From the IMG/VR virus record IMGVR_UViG_3300027777_000034, positions 1 to 64,000 of that record: a stretch of DNA of 64,000 nt; one strand, given 5' to 3'. Shown here piece after piece: positions 16,331-26,666 of the stretch. The notes beneath the pieces are model-generated. The model did no database searches. It was not told the DNA's origin and saw only the letters and a list, made by a program, of their open reading frames with translations. The stretch's first letter is position 1, and each line of letters starts with the position of its first letter. The stretch is from a virus. The translations under genes and the position numbers were made by a program.

Positions 16331-17275
16331 ATGACAATCAACAGAAGAATTTTTTATGCTTGCCAAGCAGTTGGAATTGGTGACAAAGACGGTGCAAATT
16401 TTACTGTTGCTCATGGTGTTCAGAGTGTTGGCATAAATACACAGTTTAACTTAGAACAAATTTTTGAAGTTGGGATGATTTCAATTTATGAAAATGTTGA
16501 AAATGTTCCTGATGTTGAAGTAACATTAGAAAAAGTATTAGATGGAAGAGATCTTCTTTACAATTTAGCAACATCAAGTGCTGTTGGAACTACCTTATCG
16601 GCAAAATCAGTAGCACAATGTTCTGTAGCATTAGCCATTTTTGATGATACATCTGTAGCTGCAACTGGTACAGCAAAAGCTGGTTGTGTAATGAAAAAGT
16701 GTGTTGTAAGCCAAATAACATACAAAGTGGCAGTTGAAGGAAATGCAACAGAATCTATAACTCTTGTTGGAAATGAAAAGATTTGGTCAAACAGTTTAAA
16801 TCCATCAGATGGAGAATGGTATATAAATAATTTTCCAGAAACAAATGTTCCAGACGATAAGCCAGATTTGACTATACAAAGAAGACAGCATGTTAATATT
16901 GGTGCTTCAAAAATACCAAATTGCATACCAGCAATATCATCATTCCAATCAATAACTGTTGGTGCAAATATAACTAGAGAAAAAATACTTGAGCTTGGAA
17001 GTAAAGTTCCATATTTTAGATATGCGAAATTTCCAGTAGAAGTAACAGCACAATTTGAGATTATAGCAAAAAAGGGCGATCAAATAGGCGTTGTTGAGGA
17101 TACAAACAATCTTACAGATGAAGAAATAAAATTGGTTTTTTTAAATGGAACAACAATAGACCTTGGAAAAAAGAACAAGTTACAATCTGCAAACTATCAA
17201 GGTGGCGGTACAGACGGTGGTAATGCAACAATAACATATAGTTTTAAGACATTTAATGATTTTACGGTAACATAA
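16331..17275 (+). CDS. putative virion structural protein (tail tube-like)
   Basis: beta-rich internally duplicated fold (QSVGINT..EQIFEVG / QSITVGA..EKILELG). Confidence 0.55.
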   Translation: MTINRRIFYACQAVGIGDKDGANFTVAHGVQSVGINTQFNLEQIFEVGMISIYENVENVPDVEVTLEKVLDGRDLLYNLATSSAVGTTLSAKSVAQCSVALAIFDDTSVAATGTAKAGCVMKKCVVSQITYKVAVEGNATESITLVGNEKIWSNSLNPSDGEWYINNFPETNVPDDKPDLTIQRRQHVNIGASKIPNCIPAISSFQSITVGANITREKILELGSKVPYFRYAKFPVEVTAQFEIIAKKGDQIGVVEDTNNLTDEEIKLVFLNGTTIDLGKKNKLQSANYQGGGTDGGNATITYSFKTFNDFTVT

Positions 17276-17490
17276 TGAATACTACTGAACAAAAACAAAT
17301 CAAAACTTTGGAAGATTTTAATTTTGAATTGCAATTTCATTTTACATTACAATACGAAAGAATTAAAAAGCTTGAAGAAGCAATAAAAACTCATCAAGAA
17401 GAAATGGAAAATCATTGGTTATATGCTGGTATAGATAAAAGACAAGTTCCCGATTGGGATACCAATAAAAAACTATGGGATTGTTTATAA
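17275..17490 (+). CDS. hypothetical protein
   Basis: TAATG coupling. Confidence 0.55.
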   Translation: MNTTEQKQIKTLEDFNFELQFHFTLQYERIKKLEEAIKTHQEEMENHWLYAGIDKRQVPDWDTNKKLWDCL

Positions 17491-17737
17491 ACATATGGAT
17501 AGTGATGATTCATATACTATTGTGTTCACAAACGAAATGCTTAAGTCTATTGGTATAGACACAGATCAAAATGATATTGATGTAAAAATAGTTGTTGAAA
17601 ATGGAACTATTAAAGTATTGAGAAAAGAAGATGTTGGTTGATAACTACATTTGTGCATTTTTTCAATATATATGTTATACAATATTGTATTTGCTTATAA
17701 TAAAATTAATGAAAGAAATATTAAATGAGGATTCTGA

Positions 17738-17764
17738 TAAATTTTTTTGAGTGTTGAACGAATA
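17738..17764 (+). promoter_or_regulatory. early-type promoter (1 mismatch) ahead of the csrA/DUF1501 operon
   Basis: TAAATT-N15-CGAATA. Confidence 0.6.
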
Positions 17765-17804
17765 ACAATATGTGTAAGGAATACATAACCCAAGGAGAAA
17801 AGAT

Positions 17805-18089
17805 ATGATGATTTACAATTGGCTTTTTGGCAAGGAAAAAAAGAATTGTGGAGGTTGCAAATTAAAGCAACAAGATAAATCAATAGCAGAATTTGTTTCT
17901 GAGCTTAACTTATTAAAAGCTAAATTTAATGATTTAGAGTTAGATTATATTGAGTTAGAAAACATTAATGCTTCTTTAAGTTCTGATAATGAGGAACTAA
18001 AAACTAAAAACAACGAACTAATATCTATGCTATTAAAAGTATCTGATATAGCAAGAGTTGGTGTTGAATGTAATAAAAAAGGATATTAA
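17805..18089 (+). CDS. coiled-coil protein with CxxC
   Basis: AAGGAG SD; heptad repeats. Confidence 0.65.
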   Translation: MMIYNWLFGKEKKNCGGCKLKQQDKSIAEFVSELNLLKAKFNDLELDYIELENINASLSSDNEELKTKNNELISMLLKVSDIARVGVECNKKGY

Positions 18090-18094
18090 CTGAA

Positions 18095-18166
18095 ATTATA
18101 AGGTGTCTGGACCAATGACGGTGGGAAAGGTCTTACTAGTTGTGTTGACTAGAGACACCTTGTAAT
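18095..18166 (+). ncRNA. candidate three-way-junction RNA upstream of csrA
   Basis: 14-bp closing stem plus two inner stems (see findings). Confidence 0.45.
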
Positions 18167-18185
18167 AAACTTAGGGGGAATTAAT

Positions 18186-18416
18186 ATGGAAATTGGAAGT
18201 TTGGTTTTTGCTAGAAAATTGAATGAAGCTTTTACTATTTATACCGATTCTGGTAATATAGAGGTTACCATTAAAGAAATAAATACATATTCAAATCAAG
18301 TTAGATTGCGTATTAAAGCACCAAAAAACATTAAAATCATGCGAGATAATGCAGTTGATTTAAAACCAAAAGATATATTGTTCACACCAACAATTCCAAG
18401 ATCGGAGAAAAGATGA
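18186..18416 (+). CDS. csrA: carbon storage regulator CsrA-like RNA-binding protein
   Basis: LVFARKLNE.F.I...IEVTI...QVRLRIKAPKNIKIMR. Confidence 0.8.
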   Translation: MEIGSLVFARKLNEAFTIYTDSGNIEVTIKEINTYSNQVRLRIKAPKNIKIMRDNAVDLKPKDILFTPTIPRSEKR

Positions 18417-19690
18417 ACAGAAGACATTTTATAAAACATACGGCTGGTATTTCTGCACTTTCTTTTGTGGGCAAAGTTAAAGCACAAGAAGAAACACTTA
18501 AAAAGTCTGGAAAAAAACTTATTGTGTTGTGGATGGGCGGTGGTCCTAGTCATATGGATCTTTGGGATTTAAAACAGGGGCAAGCAAATGGTGGTGAATT
18601 TAAACAAATACTCACTTCAGCAAATGGAGTTAGCATTAGTGAAGTTCTTCCAACAATCGCTTCTCAGTTTCACAATTTAGTTGCTGTTCGATCTCTTGTG
18701 ACCAACGAAGGAAGTCATGAGAGAGGAACCGTTTTAATGAATACTGGGCATCAACCAAGCGTTGTTGTGCAGTATCCATCCATTGGATCGGTAACATCTT
18801 CTCTTTTAACATCAAAAGAACTACCACTGCCAGGATTTATTGGTATTGGAAATTCAGCACAAAGAATTGGGCCAGGATTTTTAGGAACAAACCTAGCACC
18901 ATTTACAGTACAAAATGCTGGAACTCCACCAGAAAACATTAAAGCACCAAAGGAAATAGATGATGAAGAAAGACTTAGGAGAAGACAAAGACTGTTTTAT
19001 ACATTGGAAGACGATTTTTCGGAAAGAATTGCACCTCATATTAAAAATAGTGTGGCTAGAGAAGCTATGGGCAATCATGCTCAATCTCATTCTAATATCT
19101 ATGGCAAAGCCTTTGATCTTACACTATCTCCGTTAAAAACAATATTTGAACTAAAAGACGAAAATCCTAAAACGATTGAGTCTTATGGTGGTAGAGGAAA
19201 TAACTTTGGAATGGGTTGTCTTCTTGCTAGAAAGTTAATTTCTAAAGGAGTTAGCTGTGTACAAATCGATTTGGGTGGATGGGATAATCATAGCAATATC
19301 TTTAGTGCTATTAGGAATGGGAATGGGAATCGTCTTGATATGGGCATGGGATATTTGGTCAAGGACTTGGTAGATATGGGTATGTGGAAAGATACTGTAG
19401 TTATGTGGATGGGAGAGTTTGGTCGTACACCCAAGATTAATCAAAATGGTGGGCGTGATCATTGGGCCAGATGTTGGTCTGTGGTTCTTGGTGGTGGTAC
19501 TATCCAAGGTGGACAGGTTTATGGTTCTACAACCGCTGATGGTATGGATATTAAAGACAAACCTTGCAGTATTTCAGATGTTTATGCTACAGTATACAAA
19601 GCTTTGGGTTTAGACCCAATGTTCCAAATTAGGGATAATTTAGGGCGACCAATACCTATATCAGAAGGAAAGGCTTTAGATATATTTTGA
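18413..19690 (+). CDS. DUF1501 family protein with Tat signal
   Basis: MNRRHF; WMGGGPSHMDLWD; GGWDNH; GEFGRTPKIN..GGRDHW. Confidence 0.9.
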   Translation: MNRRHFIKHTAGISALSFVGKVKAQEETLKKSGKKLIVLWMGGGPSHMDLWDLKQGQANGGEFKQILTSANGVSISEVLPTIASQFHNLVAVRSLVTNEGSHERGTVLMNTGHQPSVVVQYPSIGSVTSSLLTSKELPLPGFIGIGNSAQRIGPGFLGTNLAPFTVQNAGTPPENIKAPKEIDDEERLRRRQRLFYTLEDDFSERIAPHIKNSVAREAMGNHAQSHSNIYGKAFDLTLSPLKTIFELKDENPKTIESYGGRGNNFGMGCLLARKLISKGVSCVQIDLGGWDNHSNIFSAIRNGNGNRLDMGMGYLVKDLVDMGMWKDTVVMWMGEFGRTPKINQNGGRDHWARCWSVVLGGGTIQGGQVYGSTTADGMDIKDKPCSISDVYATVYKALGLDPMFQIRDNLGRPIPISEGKALDIF

Positions 19691-20655
19691 TTAATTACTC
19701 TTTATGTTTATTTGGTCAATTTGAAAATTCTGTTGAAGAATCTACAAATAGTTTGCGTAGGTATTCAACAGGATTACTTGAGCATTTTTTAAAATTAAAC
19801 CATGTTGATTTAAAAGTTGTTCAATTTGATTGGAAAACAGAGCACAATCCAGAAAAAACTTTTGAAAAAATTCCAAAGTGCGATTTTTTATTAACAACTC
19901 TATACACATTAAATGTTTTAAATAATCATCATTTAGCAAAAGAAAAAGTTAATTATAAAACCTCAACATTTTTAGAAAATAAAAGTTTGTGGGATTATTC
20001 ATTTGGAAATCTAAGGGAAAGTTCTCCAGATTGCTATATCCCATACCCTTGTTCAAAAAAATTTTTTAAATATAAAGAAAAAATACCAAAAACAATTCTT
20101 TTAGATGACCATAATCCAGAAATAGGTTTTGGAAAAGACATATCTGTAGAAATAACAGATTGGTTAACTGAACTTGTAGAACAAGGTTATAAACTTTATC
20201 AGCTAACAAAAAAAAATGATGTGCCAAATTCAAAAATTATAGAACCAATATTTAAATGTAATTATAAAGAGTACATGGAAAAAACATCTCAAATTGAATC
20301 GTTTATAATGACTCATCCCGGAGCTTATGAGAATTCTGTAATAGATATGGTTCCAAGAGGAATAAGAGTATTAGTTCCCATAGATCAGGGAACATTTAAA
20401 AGATATGATAAGACAGAAGGTTTTATTCCAATGGAAATAATCAAAGATTTTGAATTAGGCACATTTAAAAATAAAGAACAATTAATAAATTTAATTAAAA
20501 AACCAATTGACAATTCAAATGTTGAAAAGCATATATCTATGATGACAGATATAGAAGAAGTTGTTTTAACAATAGACAAAGTTTTTCAAGATATAGTAAA
20601 AAAAATAGCAAAACATATTGATTATAAAATTTTTTTTGATAACCTAAATCTTTAA
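19687..20655 (+). CDS. hypothetical protein, possibly glycosyltransferase-like
   Basis: 322-aa ORF; weak GT-B-like C-terminus. Confidence 0.55.
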   Translation: MINYSLCLFGQFENSVEESTNSLRRYSTGLLEHFLKLNHVDLKVVQFDWKTEHNPEKTFEKIPKCDFLLTTLYTLNVLNNHHLAKEKVNYKTSTFLENKSLWDYSFGNLRESSPDCYIPYPCSKKFFKYKEKIPKTILLDDHNPEIGFGKDISVEITDWLTELVEQGYKLYQLTKKNDVPNSKIIEPIFKCNYKEYMEKTSQIESFIMTHPGAYENSVIDMVPRGIRVLVPIDQGTFKRYDKTEGFIPMEIIKDFELGTFKNKEQLINLIKKPIDNSNVEKHISMMTDIEEVVLTIDKVFQDIVKKIAKHIDYKIFFDNLNL

Positions 20656-20729
20656 CAGGAAGAACGAATGTGTTAGTATCTAACATATTGTTTTGTTAGA
20701 AAGTTTAAAACCTTTAAGGAGGAAGATTT

Positions 20730-20945
20730 ATGTTTGATTTATTGTTGGCAACATCGATTGCCTTTGGTTCTGAATCTGTTAATGCTATTGGACTTCGTTC
20801 TAAGTCCAGTTGTTCTGGTGGCGTTTGTTCATCTTCTGCACCTATTGCAGTTGAATCTAATAAAAAACCAGAAACAAAGGTTGTTGTTGATTTGCAAAAA
20901 CAATCTAAATTTAAAAGCATTATTCGTGGAAAGAAATGTAAGTAA
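20730..20945 (+). CDS. small secreted protein
   Basis: AAGGAGG SD; hydrophobic leader; CSGGVC. Confidence 0.6.
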   Translation: MFDLLLATSIAFGSESVNAIGLRSKSSCSGGVCSSSAPIAVESNKKPETKVVVDLQKQSKFKSIIRGKKCK

Positions 20946-20955
20946 AAATAAATGT

Positions 20956-20981
20956 AAAAGGGGGGCTTTTGCCCCCTTTTT
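20956..20981. terminator. intrinsic terminator, probably bidirectional
   Basis: AAAAG-GGGGGC-TTTT-GCCCCC-TTTTT. Confidence 0.8.
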
Positions 20982-21002
20982 ATATTAAAATGGACAGTAA
21001 AA

Positions 21003-21341
21003 ATGAAAAAAGAACTAATAAATAGCTGGCAACCTAGCAATAAAAAAAAAATAGATTTAAGCAATTTAAATATTGATGGTTATAAAATAAATAATAGCAA
21101 TGCAACTTTTTTAGGCAAACGATATGAAAAAATTTTTAAACCATTAACAGGACTTTCTTTATATAATATCCTGACAAATGAAGAAGTGTTAAAATCATCA
21201 GAAGTTTTAAAATCACACATTAAAAAAATTAAAGAAAATAATTCAAGTTTAAAAGATTTTGAAATTTGTGATCTTGAAAATTTTCAAAGAATGTTAGAAA
21301 TTTATGGCAATAATGGATTTTGCTTATATTCTTGGTACTAA
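21003..21341 (+). CDS. hypothetical protein
   Basis: 112-aa ORF. Confidence 0.55.
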   Translation: MKKELINSWQPSNKKKIDLSNLNIDGYKINNSNATFLGKRYEKIFKPLTGLSLYNILTNEEVLKSSEVLKSHIKKIKENNSSLKDFEICDLENFQRMLEIYGNNGFCLYSWY

Positions 21342-21342
21342 T

Positions 21343-21573
21343 ATGTATAACGCATATATTCAATATATTAACAACAACATGGAAATTTCTAAAAAACATG
21401 TTGGAAAAATAGAAAATTCTGAAGATATAGCCACAAAAGTTATTCAAGACATATATATGTTAGAATATATGTATATGCCAATGGCAATTTTAATAGTTGA
21501 AGAAGATGGAAAAATAATATTAAAGTATTCAATAGAAAAAATTAATGAAAAGTTTTTTCTTGTTTCGAGGTAA
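21343..21573 (+). CDS. hypothetical protein
   Basis: tightly packed ORF. Confidence 0.5.
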   Translation: MYNAYIQYINNNMEISKKHVGKIENSEDIATKVIQDIYMLEYMYMPMAILIVEEDGKIILKYSIEKINEKFFLVSR

Positions 21574-21575
21574 AA

Positions 21576-22163
21576 ATGAACATTGATTCCTTAGTAGAAA
21601 GATTAAATAAAAAAATAAAAGATAGCATTACATTTAGAAAAACAGATGAAAAGATATTATTGATTTATTATAAAAACGAATCATATAAAAGATTTTTAAC
21701 AAATCAAATTTTACAATTCTGCAATGAAAACAAATTAGAAATATTTAATGTATCTCCATATAAATATGATATTGTTAATTCATGTCACTTATATAAAGAG
21801 AGTGATTTTTATTTAAATATGTTTTATGAAATAAAGATAAGTAAAAAAGCAGAGTATAATAATGTTGTTATTTTTAAGGATATTGATTCTTTTATTTCTG
21901 ATGACAAAACAATTGGTTTAGTAGAATACATAAATGATTTTAAAAGATCTATCAATGATAATACAAAATTTATAATTGTTATGACAAATAAACGACAAAT
22001 AATGAAACCGTTTTGTAAAAGCGATCCAAGTTTTTTGGGCATTGATTTTTATGGTTGTTTAACAGAAGCAGCATTTTTTGATGTTTCTAAAAAAACTCCA
22101 GAAGAATCTTTAAAAGAATTAACTCAAGATGAAAATAAATTAGGAGAAATAAATGAGGATTGA
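21576..22163 (+). CDS. hypothetical protein, possibly degenerate AAA-like fold
   Basis: VVIFKDID...IIVMTN; no Walker A. Confidence 0.5.
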   Translation: MNIDSLVERLNKKIKDSITFRKTDEKILLIYYKNESYKRFLTNQILQFCNENKLEIFNVSPYKYDIVNSCHLYKESDFYLNMFYEIKISKKAEYNNVVIFKDIDSFISDDKTIGLVEYINDFKRSINDNTKFIIVMTNKRQIMKPFCKSDPSFLGIDFYGCLTEAAFFDVSKKTPEESLKELTQDENKLGEINED

Positions 22164-22554
22164 TGTTTTGTCAAGAATGAGTTTTAAATCTGGAACACTA
22201 ATCTTAATTCAAATTGAAGACTTGAAAAGATTAATAGATAAAAAAATCAACAAGAAGATAGATGAATATGAAATAATATGTGATGTAGTTGAAAATGGTG
22301 GTGAAATGGTTAGCATGGACCCATACGAAAATGTTTCCATAGGAAAAATGTACACTCTTGATGAAGACGGTGGAAATTCTACAATTTTAAGGGTTGGACC
22401 AGTTATAAACAAATCAAAAAGACTTTTAGATACTGGTGAAAAAACAGCACAAGAATACTGCATATACAAAAAAAACAAGGAAAACATAGACATGAGCGAA
22501 ATAGGAGATTTTTTTATGAAAGAATTAGAGAACTATAAAAGGGAGATGCTTTAA
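22153..22554 (+). CDS. hypothetical protein
   Basis: AGGAG SD. Confidence 0.6.
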   Translation: MRIDVLSRMSFKSGTLILIQIEDLKRLIDKKINKKIDEYEIICDVVENGGEMVSMDPYENVSIGKMYTLDEDGGNSTILRVGPVINKSKRLLDTGEKTAQEYCIYKKNKENIDMSEIGDFFMKELENYKREML

Positions 22555-22555
22555 G

Positions 22556-23179
22556 GTGAAAACTGATAAAATAACAACTAGAATTGAAAATGGTAATAGT
22601 TTAGCAGATAAAGTTGCTAAATATTTAAACTTTAGATTTAAGTACGAATTTGAAAAAGCTTCTATTGAAGAAGATAAAAAGTTAATGATTGATTATAAGT
22701 GCAAAAAGACTAATAAAACTGCACAAATGAAGTGTCGTGAAAATAAATCTGACATTATTTATGAGGCAAAAAGATTTTATTCTACTGATGGTTCATCTTA
22801 TGAAGAAGCAAATGGTAGAGATGTTCGAACTGAAGCAACATTGTATGTGTGTTTGTCCGCAGACAAGCGTAAAATCATAGTTGCAGAAACAGAAGCAATT
22901 AAAAAAATAGTTCAAAAAGAAATTCAAAAATTAGAAATAACACTTAATCAAGTTAAACAATACGAAGAAGAATGTCAGAACAACAGAAACAAAACAAAAA
23001 AACTTTTATCTAATAAATCTAGAATTGAAGTATGGTTTAAAGTTGACGAGGGAGTAGATTCAAGGCATTATAGTAAATTGCTTGTTTTTATACCTTATTC
23101 TGCTATATTTGAATCTGTGGTAATTGATTTAAAAAGTCACGAAAACATTGAAGATGAAAGGACTTGGAAAAATGGATAA
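22556..23179 (+). CDS. putative PD-(D/E)xK-like nuclease
   Basis: ED...IDY...QMKCR. Confidence 0.5.
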   Translation: MKTDKITTRIENGNSLADKVAKYLNFRFKYEFEKASIEEDKKLMIDYKCKKTNKTAQMKCRENKSDIIYEAKRFYSTDGSSYEEANGRDVRTEATLYVCLSADKRKIIVAETEAIKKIVQKEIQKLEITLNQVKQYEEECQNNRNKTKKLLSNKSRIEVWFKVDEGVDSRHYSKLLVFIPYSAIFESVVIDLKSHENIEDERTWKNG

Positions 23180-23768
23180 TGAAATCATATTTAATCAAAG
23201 AATACCTAGTTTGCTTGTTGTTGACAACTTTTATAAAGATCCAGATTGGATAGTTGAAAAAACAAAAGATTTTGATTTTAAAGAAGAAAACAAATTCTAC
23301 AAAGGAAAAAGAACAACAGGTTGTTTGTTTCCTTATGTAAAAGAAGAATTTGAAAAGTTGTTGCAAGTAGAAATAGTAGATTGGTTAAATCAACCAATGA
23401 ATGGTGTTTTTCAAATAACATCTGGAAATGACCCATTAGTATGGCATAGTGATTCACAAGACTATGCAGCAGCAGTATACTTAACTAAAGATGGCCCAAC
23501 AAATGCTGGAACATCATTTTGGAAAGATAAAAAATATGGCTGTAGAAGACCACCAAGTCATCCATTGGAAAATAGAGAAGACATAAATGAATCAGACATA
23601 TACACACAGCATAGCTTATTAAATGAAGATAGTTGGGAGTTAGTAGACAGAGTTGGGTCTGTATATAACAGACTAGTTCTTTGGGATGGAAAAATGATTC
23701 ACTCAGCCACAATGTACGGTGAGTTTTCTAGGTTAGTTCAACTATTCTTTTTTAATGTGAAAAAATAA
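23172..23768 (+). CDS. 2OG-Fe(II) oxygenase-like protein (DUF6445-like)
   Basis: VVDNFYKDPD, HSD, GTSFW, YNRLVLW...HSA, RLVQLFF. Confidence 0.75.
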   Translation: MDNEIIFNQRIPSLLVVDNFYKDPDWIVEKTKDFDFKEENKFYKGKRTTGCLFPYVKEEFEKLLQVEIVDWLNQPMNGVFQITSGNDPLVWHSDSQDYAAAVYLTKDGPTNAGTSFWKDKKYGCRRPPSHPLENREDINESDIYTQHSLLNEDSWELVDRVGSVYNRLVLWDGKMIHSATMYGEFSRLVQLFFFNVKK

Positions 23769-25019
23769 ATGCCATACTTTTCTATAGTTACGCCAACGCA
23801 CAATACTCAATTCCTTGCTAGACTTTCTCGCTCTATAGCAAGGCAAACATTTAAAGATTTTGAATGGGTAATTGTTCCTAATGGAAATGCCAATATTGAT
23901 GTTGAGTCTTTGGATTTTAAACCAAGGATTGTAGTATCAAAAAATCCTGATTCAAAATTAATTGGACTCTTCAAAAAAGAAGGGTCTATGGGATCAAATG
24001 GCATTGTGGTAGTTGAAGTTGATCATGATGATGAATTAACAGAAGATTGTTTGCAGGAATTATATAACGCATTTAATTCAGATCAAACAATTGATTTTGC
24101 ATATTCAAATTGTGCAGAAATAGACCCTGATGGAAAGCCATTTGTTTACTCTGATTATTATGGTTGGAGAAATAGACCATTTAAATATCATGGCAAAGAT
24201 CTTTTAGAACTAATATCATTTGATTCAACTCCAGCATCATTCTCTAAAATTTGGTTTGCCCCAAATCATGTTCGTGCTTGGAAAAAATCGTTTTACGAAA
24301 AGATTGGTGGACATGATGAAACAATGGAAGTTTTAGATGATCATGACATACTTTGCAGGACATACATACAAGGAAATGTTAAACATATAGATAAGTGCTT
24401 GTATATTTACTATAAGCATAAAAACAATACTTGTTACGGTGAAAAGAATGCTTTCATTCAAGAAGAGACATTAAACATTCATGATAGATATATCTACGCA
24501 TTAGCTGAGAAATGGTGTGATCTTAATGGTTTGCTTAAGATAGACCTTTGTGGAGGTTTTAATCCTCCAAAGGGGTACAAGTCAGTAGACATGCATAACG
24601 CAGAAATTATACATGATTTAAACGATCCTTGGCCTTTTAAAGATGGTGAAGTGGGATTGATAAGAGCACATGATGCACTTGAGCATTTAAAAGACCCAAT
24701 TCATGTGATGAAAGAAGCTTATAGATGCCTATGCCCAATGGGTTGGTTTTTAACTCAGACTCCATCTACAGATGGTAGAGGTGCTTTTCAAGATCCAACA
24801 CATATATCATTTTGGAATAGCAATAGTTTCTGGTATTACACAAAAAGAGATCAGGCTAAATACATTGGAACACCAGTAAGATTTCAAGCAAATAGAATTA
24901 AAAACTTTTATCCAACCGAATGGCATAAGACACACAATATTCTTTATGTAAAAGCTGACATATTAAAAGTTCCAGATGAAGCATTAAAAATGAGAGTTCC
25001 TGGTGAAGTATCAATATGA
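23769..25019 (+). CDS. GT2 glycosyltransferase fused to class I methyltransferase-like domain
   Basis: FSIVTPTHN, DHDD, DDHD; C-terminal DLCGG, HDALEHL, DPTH. Confidence 0.85.
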   Translation: MPYFSIVTPTHNTQFLARLSRSIARQTFKDFEWVIVPNGNANIDVESLDFKPRIVVSKNPDSKLIGLFKKEGSMGSNGIVVVEVDHDDELTEDCLQELYNAFNSDQTIDFAYSNCAEIDPDGKPFVYSDYYGWRNRPFKYHGKDLLELISFDSTPASFSKIWFAPNHVRAWKKSFYEKIGGHDETMEVLDDHDILCRTYIQGNVKHIDKCLYIYYKHKNNTCYGEKNAFIQEETLNIHDRYIYALAEKWCDLNGLLKIDLCGGFNPPKGYKSVDMHNAEIIHDLNDPWPFKDGEVGLIRAHDALEHLKDPIHVMKEAYRCLCPMGWFLTQTPSTDGRGAFQDPTHISFWNSNSFWYYTKRDQAKYIGTPVRFQANRIKNFYPTEWHKTHNILYVKADILKVPDEALKMRVPGEVSI

Positions 25020-25573
25020 ATCACATATATCAACTCCCACAGTTTGGAGAAGATTGGTTTAATTATAAAGACTTTTATAAGTCAATGGTTAAAAAGTTTC
25101 CTTATGGAAGCAAATTTATTGAAATTGGATCGTGGAAAGGAAAAAGTTCAGCTTATCTTGCTGTAGAAATTATAAACTCTAAAAAAAACATAACATTAGA
25201 TTGTATAGATACATGGAAAGGAAGTTCTGAACATGTAGCATATGAAAATATAATATCAGATGATTTATACGAATTATTTATTAAAAATATATCTTCTTTG
25301 TTAAGTGTAATTAATCCAGTTAGATTAGATTCTATATCTGCATCAAAAAACTATGAAGATAAAACAATAGACTTTATATTTATAGATGGTAGTCATGATT
25401 ATGAAAATGTAAAGGCAGATATAAATGCATGGTTGCCAAAAGTTAAATTTGGTGGAATTATATCTGGTCATGATTATGGTTCTTGGAAAACTGTAACAAA
25501 AGCAGTTGATGAGTTTTTTGAAGATAAAAAAGTTTTAATTATTGGCGACTGTTGGATTTATGAAAACAATTAA
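25016..25573 (+). CDS. class I SAM methyltransferase (Methyltransf_24-like)
   Basis: EIGSWKGKS, FIDGSHDY, GGIISGHDY. Confidence 0.85.
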   Translation: MNHIYQLPQFGEDWFNYKDFYKSMVKKFPYGSKFIEIGSWKGKSSAYLAVEIINSKKNITLDCIDTWKGSSEHVAYENIISDDLYELFIKNISSLLSVINPVRLDSISASKNYEDKTIDFIFIDGSHDYENVKADINAWLPKVKFGGIISGHDYGSWKTVTKAVDEFFEDKKVLIIGDCWIYENN

Positions 25574-25590
25574 ATATTGGAAAAAATAAT

Positions 25591-25956
25591 ATGATACATA
25601 ATGTATTTATTGGAACTGGTGAATTGATTGATAAAATAACAATTTTAAAAATAAAGTGTTCCGTAATAAACAATGAAAATAATATTAATCAATTAGAAAG
25701 TCTTTTAACTATTTATAATCAAATGCCAGAAAATTTAAGAATTAAAATTATTGAATTTGAAGAAGAATTATTTTATATAAATAAAGTAATATGGAAATAT
25801 GAAAATATAGTAAGGTCAAAAGTTAATGATGAAGAAATTTTAAAATCTGCAAAATCTATATTTGAATATAATGATAAAAGAAACAAATTAAAAAAAACAA
25901 TAGATGAAGAAACAATTAGTGGATTTTTTGATGAAAAAAAACATGAAATAAATTAA
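25591..25956 (+). CDS. DUF6165-like protein
   Basis: GELIDKITILKIK...N..IW..E...R...ND.R..LK. Confidence 0.7.
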   Translation: MIHNVFIGTGELIDKITILKIKCSVINNENNINQLESLLTIYNQMPENLRIKIIEFEEELFYINKVIWKYENIVRSKVNDEEILKSAKSIFEYNDKRNKLKKTIDEETISGFFDEKKHEIN

Positions 25957-26666
25957 TTATTCCAATTTTCTTTAATTCTATTGTAAACCTTTTCTCTAAA
26001 ATCAACATGATCTGCAATAGCATTACATGCAGCCAAATGAAATCCAAAAGAATCATTGTTTGTTTTTGACCAATGTTGTTCAACTGAAAATTTACAAGCA
26101 GTATCGATATCTGCATATTTAAAACCAAAATTTAACATTTGTTTATATATTGTACAACACAAGAAAACATCTTCAGCATGATCACAATATGAATCGCCAA
26201 TAATTTCTGATGCTTTATCCATAAATGCTTTTGACCTTAAACAAAAACCACCATTGCCAACATGATTTGAACCTTTTGGAGATTGAGGCCAAGAAGCACC
26301 AATATAGTCATATTTTAAAAAATCATTTGTCCACTTTTCTGGCTTATAAATTAAACCATCATGTTGAACAATTAGTGCAAATTTTGTTTCTATGTGTTTT
26401 GAAAATTCTTTAATCATAAAATTGTCATATTCTCTAGCAGACGATATTTTATTTATGTTTACATAATTGATGCCATATTCTTTTAATTTGTAATGTTTTA
26501 TGTCTGAAAAATAAATTGCTTTATTAAAAGTTATTCCGCAATTTGAAAAACAATGAATTATTGATTTTGCAGCATTGTCGTAATTCTTGCAATCTACTAC
26601 ACAAATTGTTATATCATTTAAATTGTTCAAAATGCTCCAATCAATTAAATAATTTGACAGATGCAC
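25953..26666 (-). CDS. DUF5672-like glycosyltransferase
   Basis: LIVQHDG, YDYIGASW, VGNGGFCLRS, ED, FSVE, FGFH; start uncertain. Confidence 0.75.
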   Translation of the reverse strand: MHLSNYLIDWSILNNLNDITICVVDCKNYDNAAKSIIHCFSNCGITFNKAIYFSDIKHYKLKEYGINYVNINKISSAREYDNFMIKEFSKHIETKFALIVQHDGLIYKPEKWTNDFLKYDYIGASWPQSPKGSNHVGNGGFCLRSKAFMDKASEIIGDSYCDHAEDVFLCCTIYKQMLNFGFKYADIDTACKFSVEQHWSKTNNDSFGFHLAACNAIADHVDFREKVYNRIKENWNN

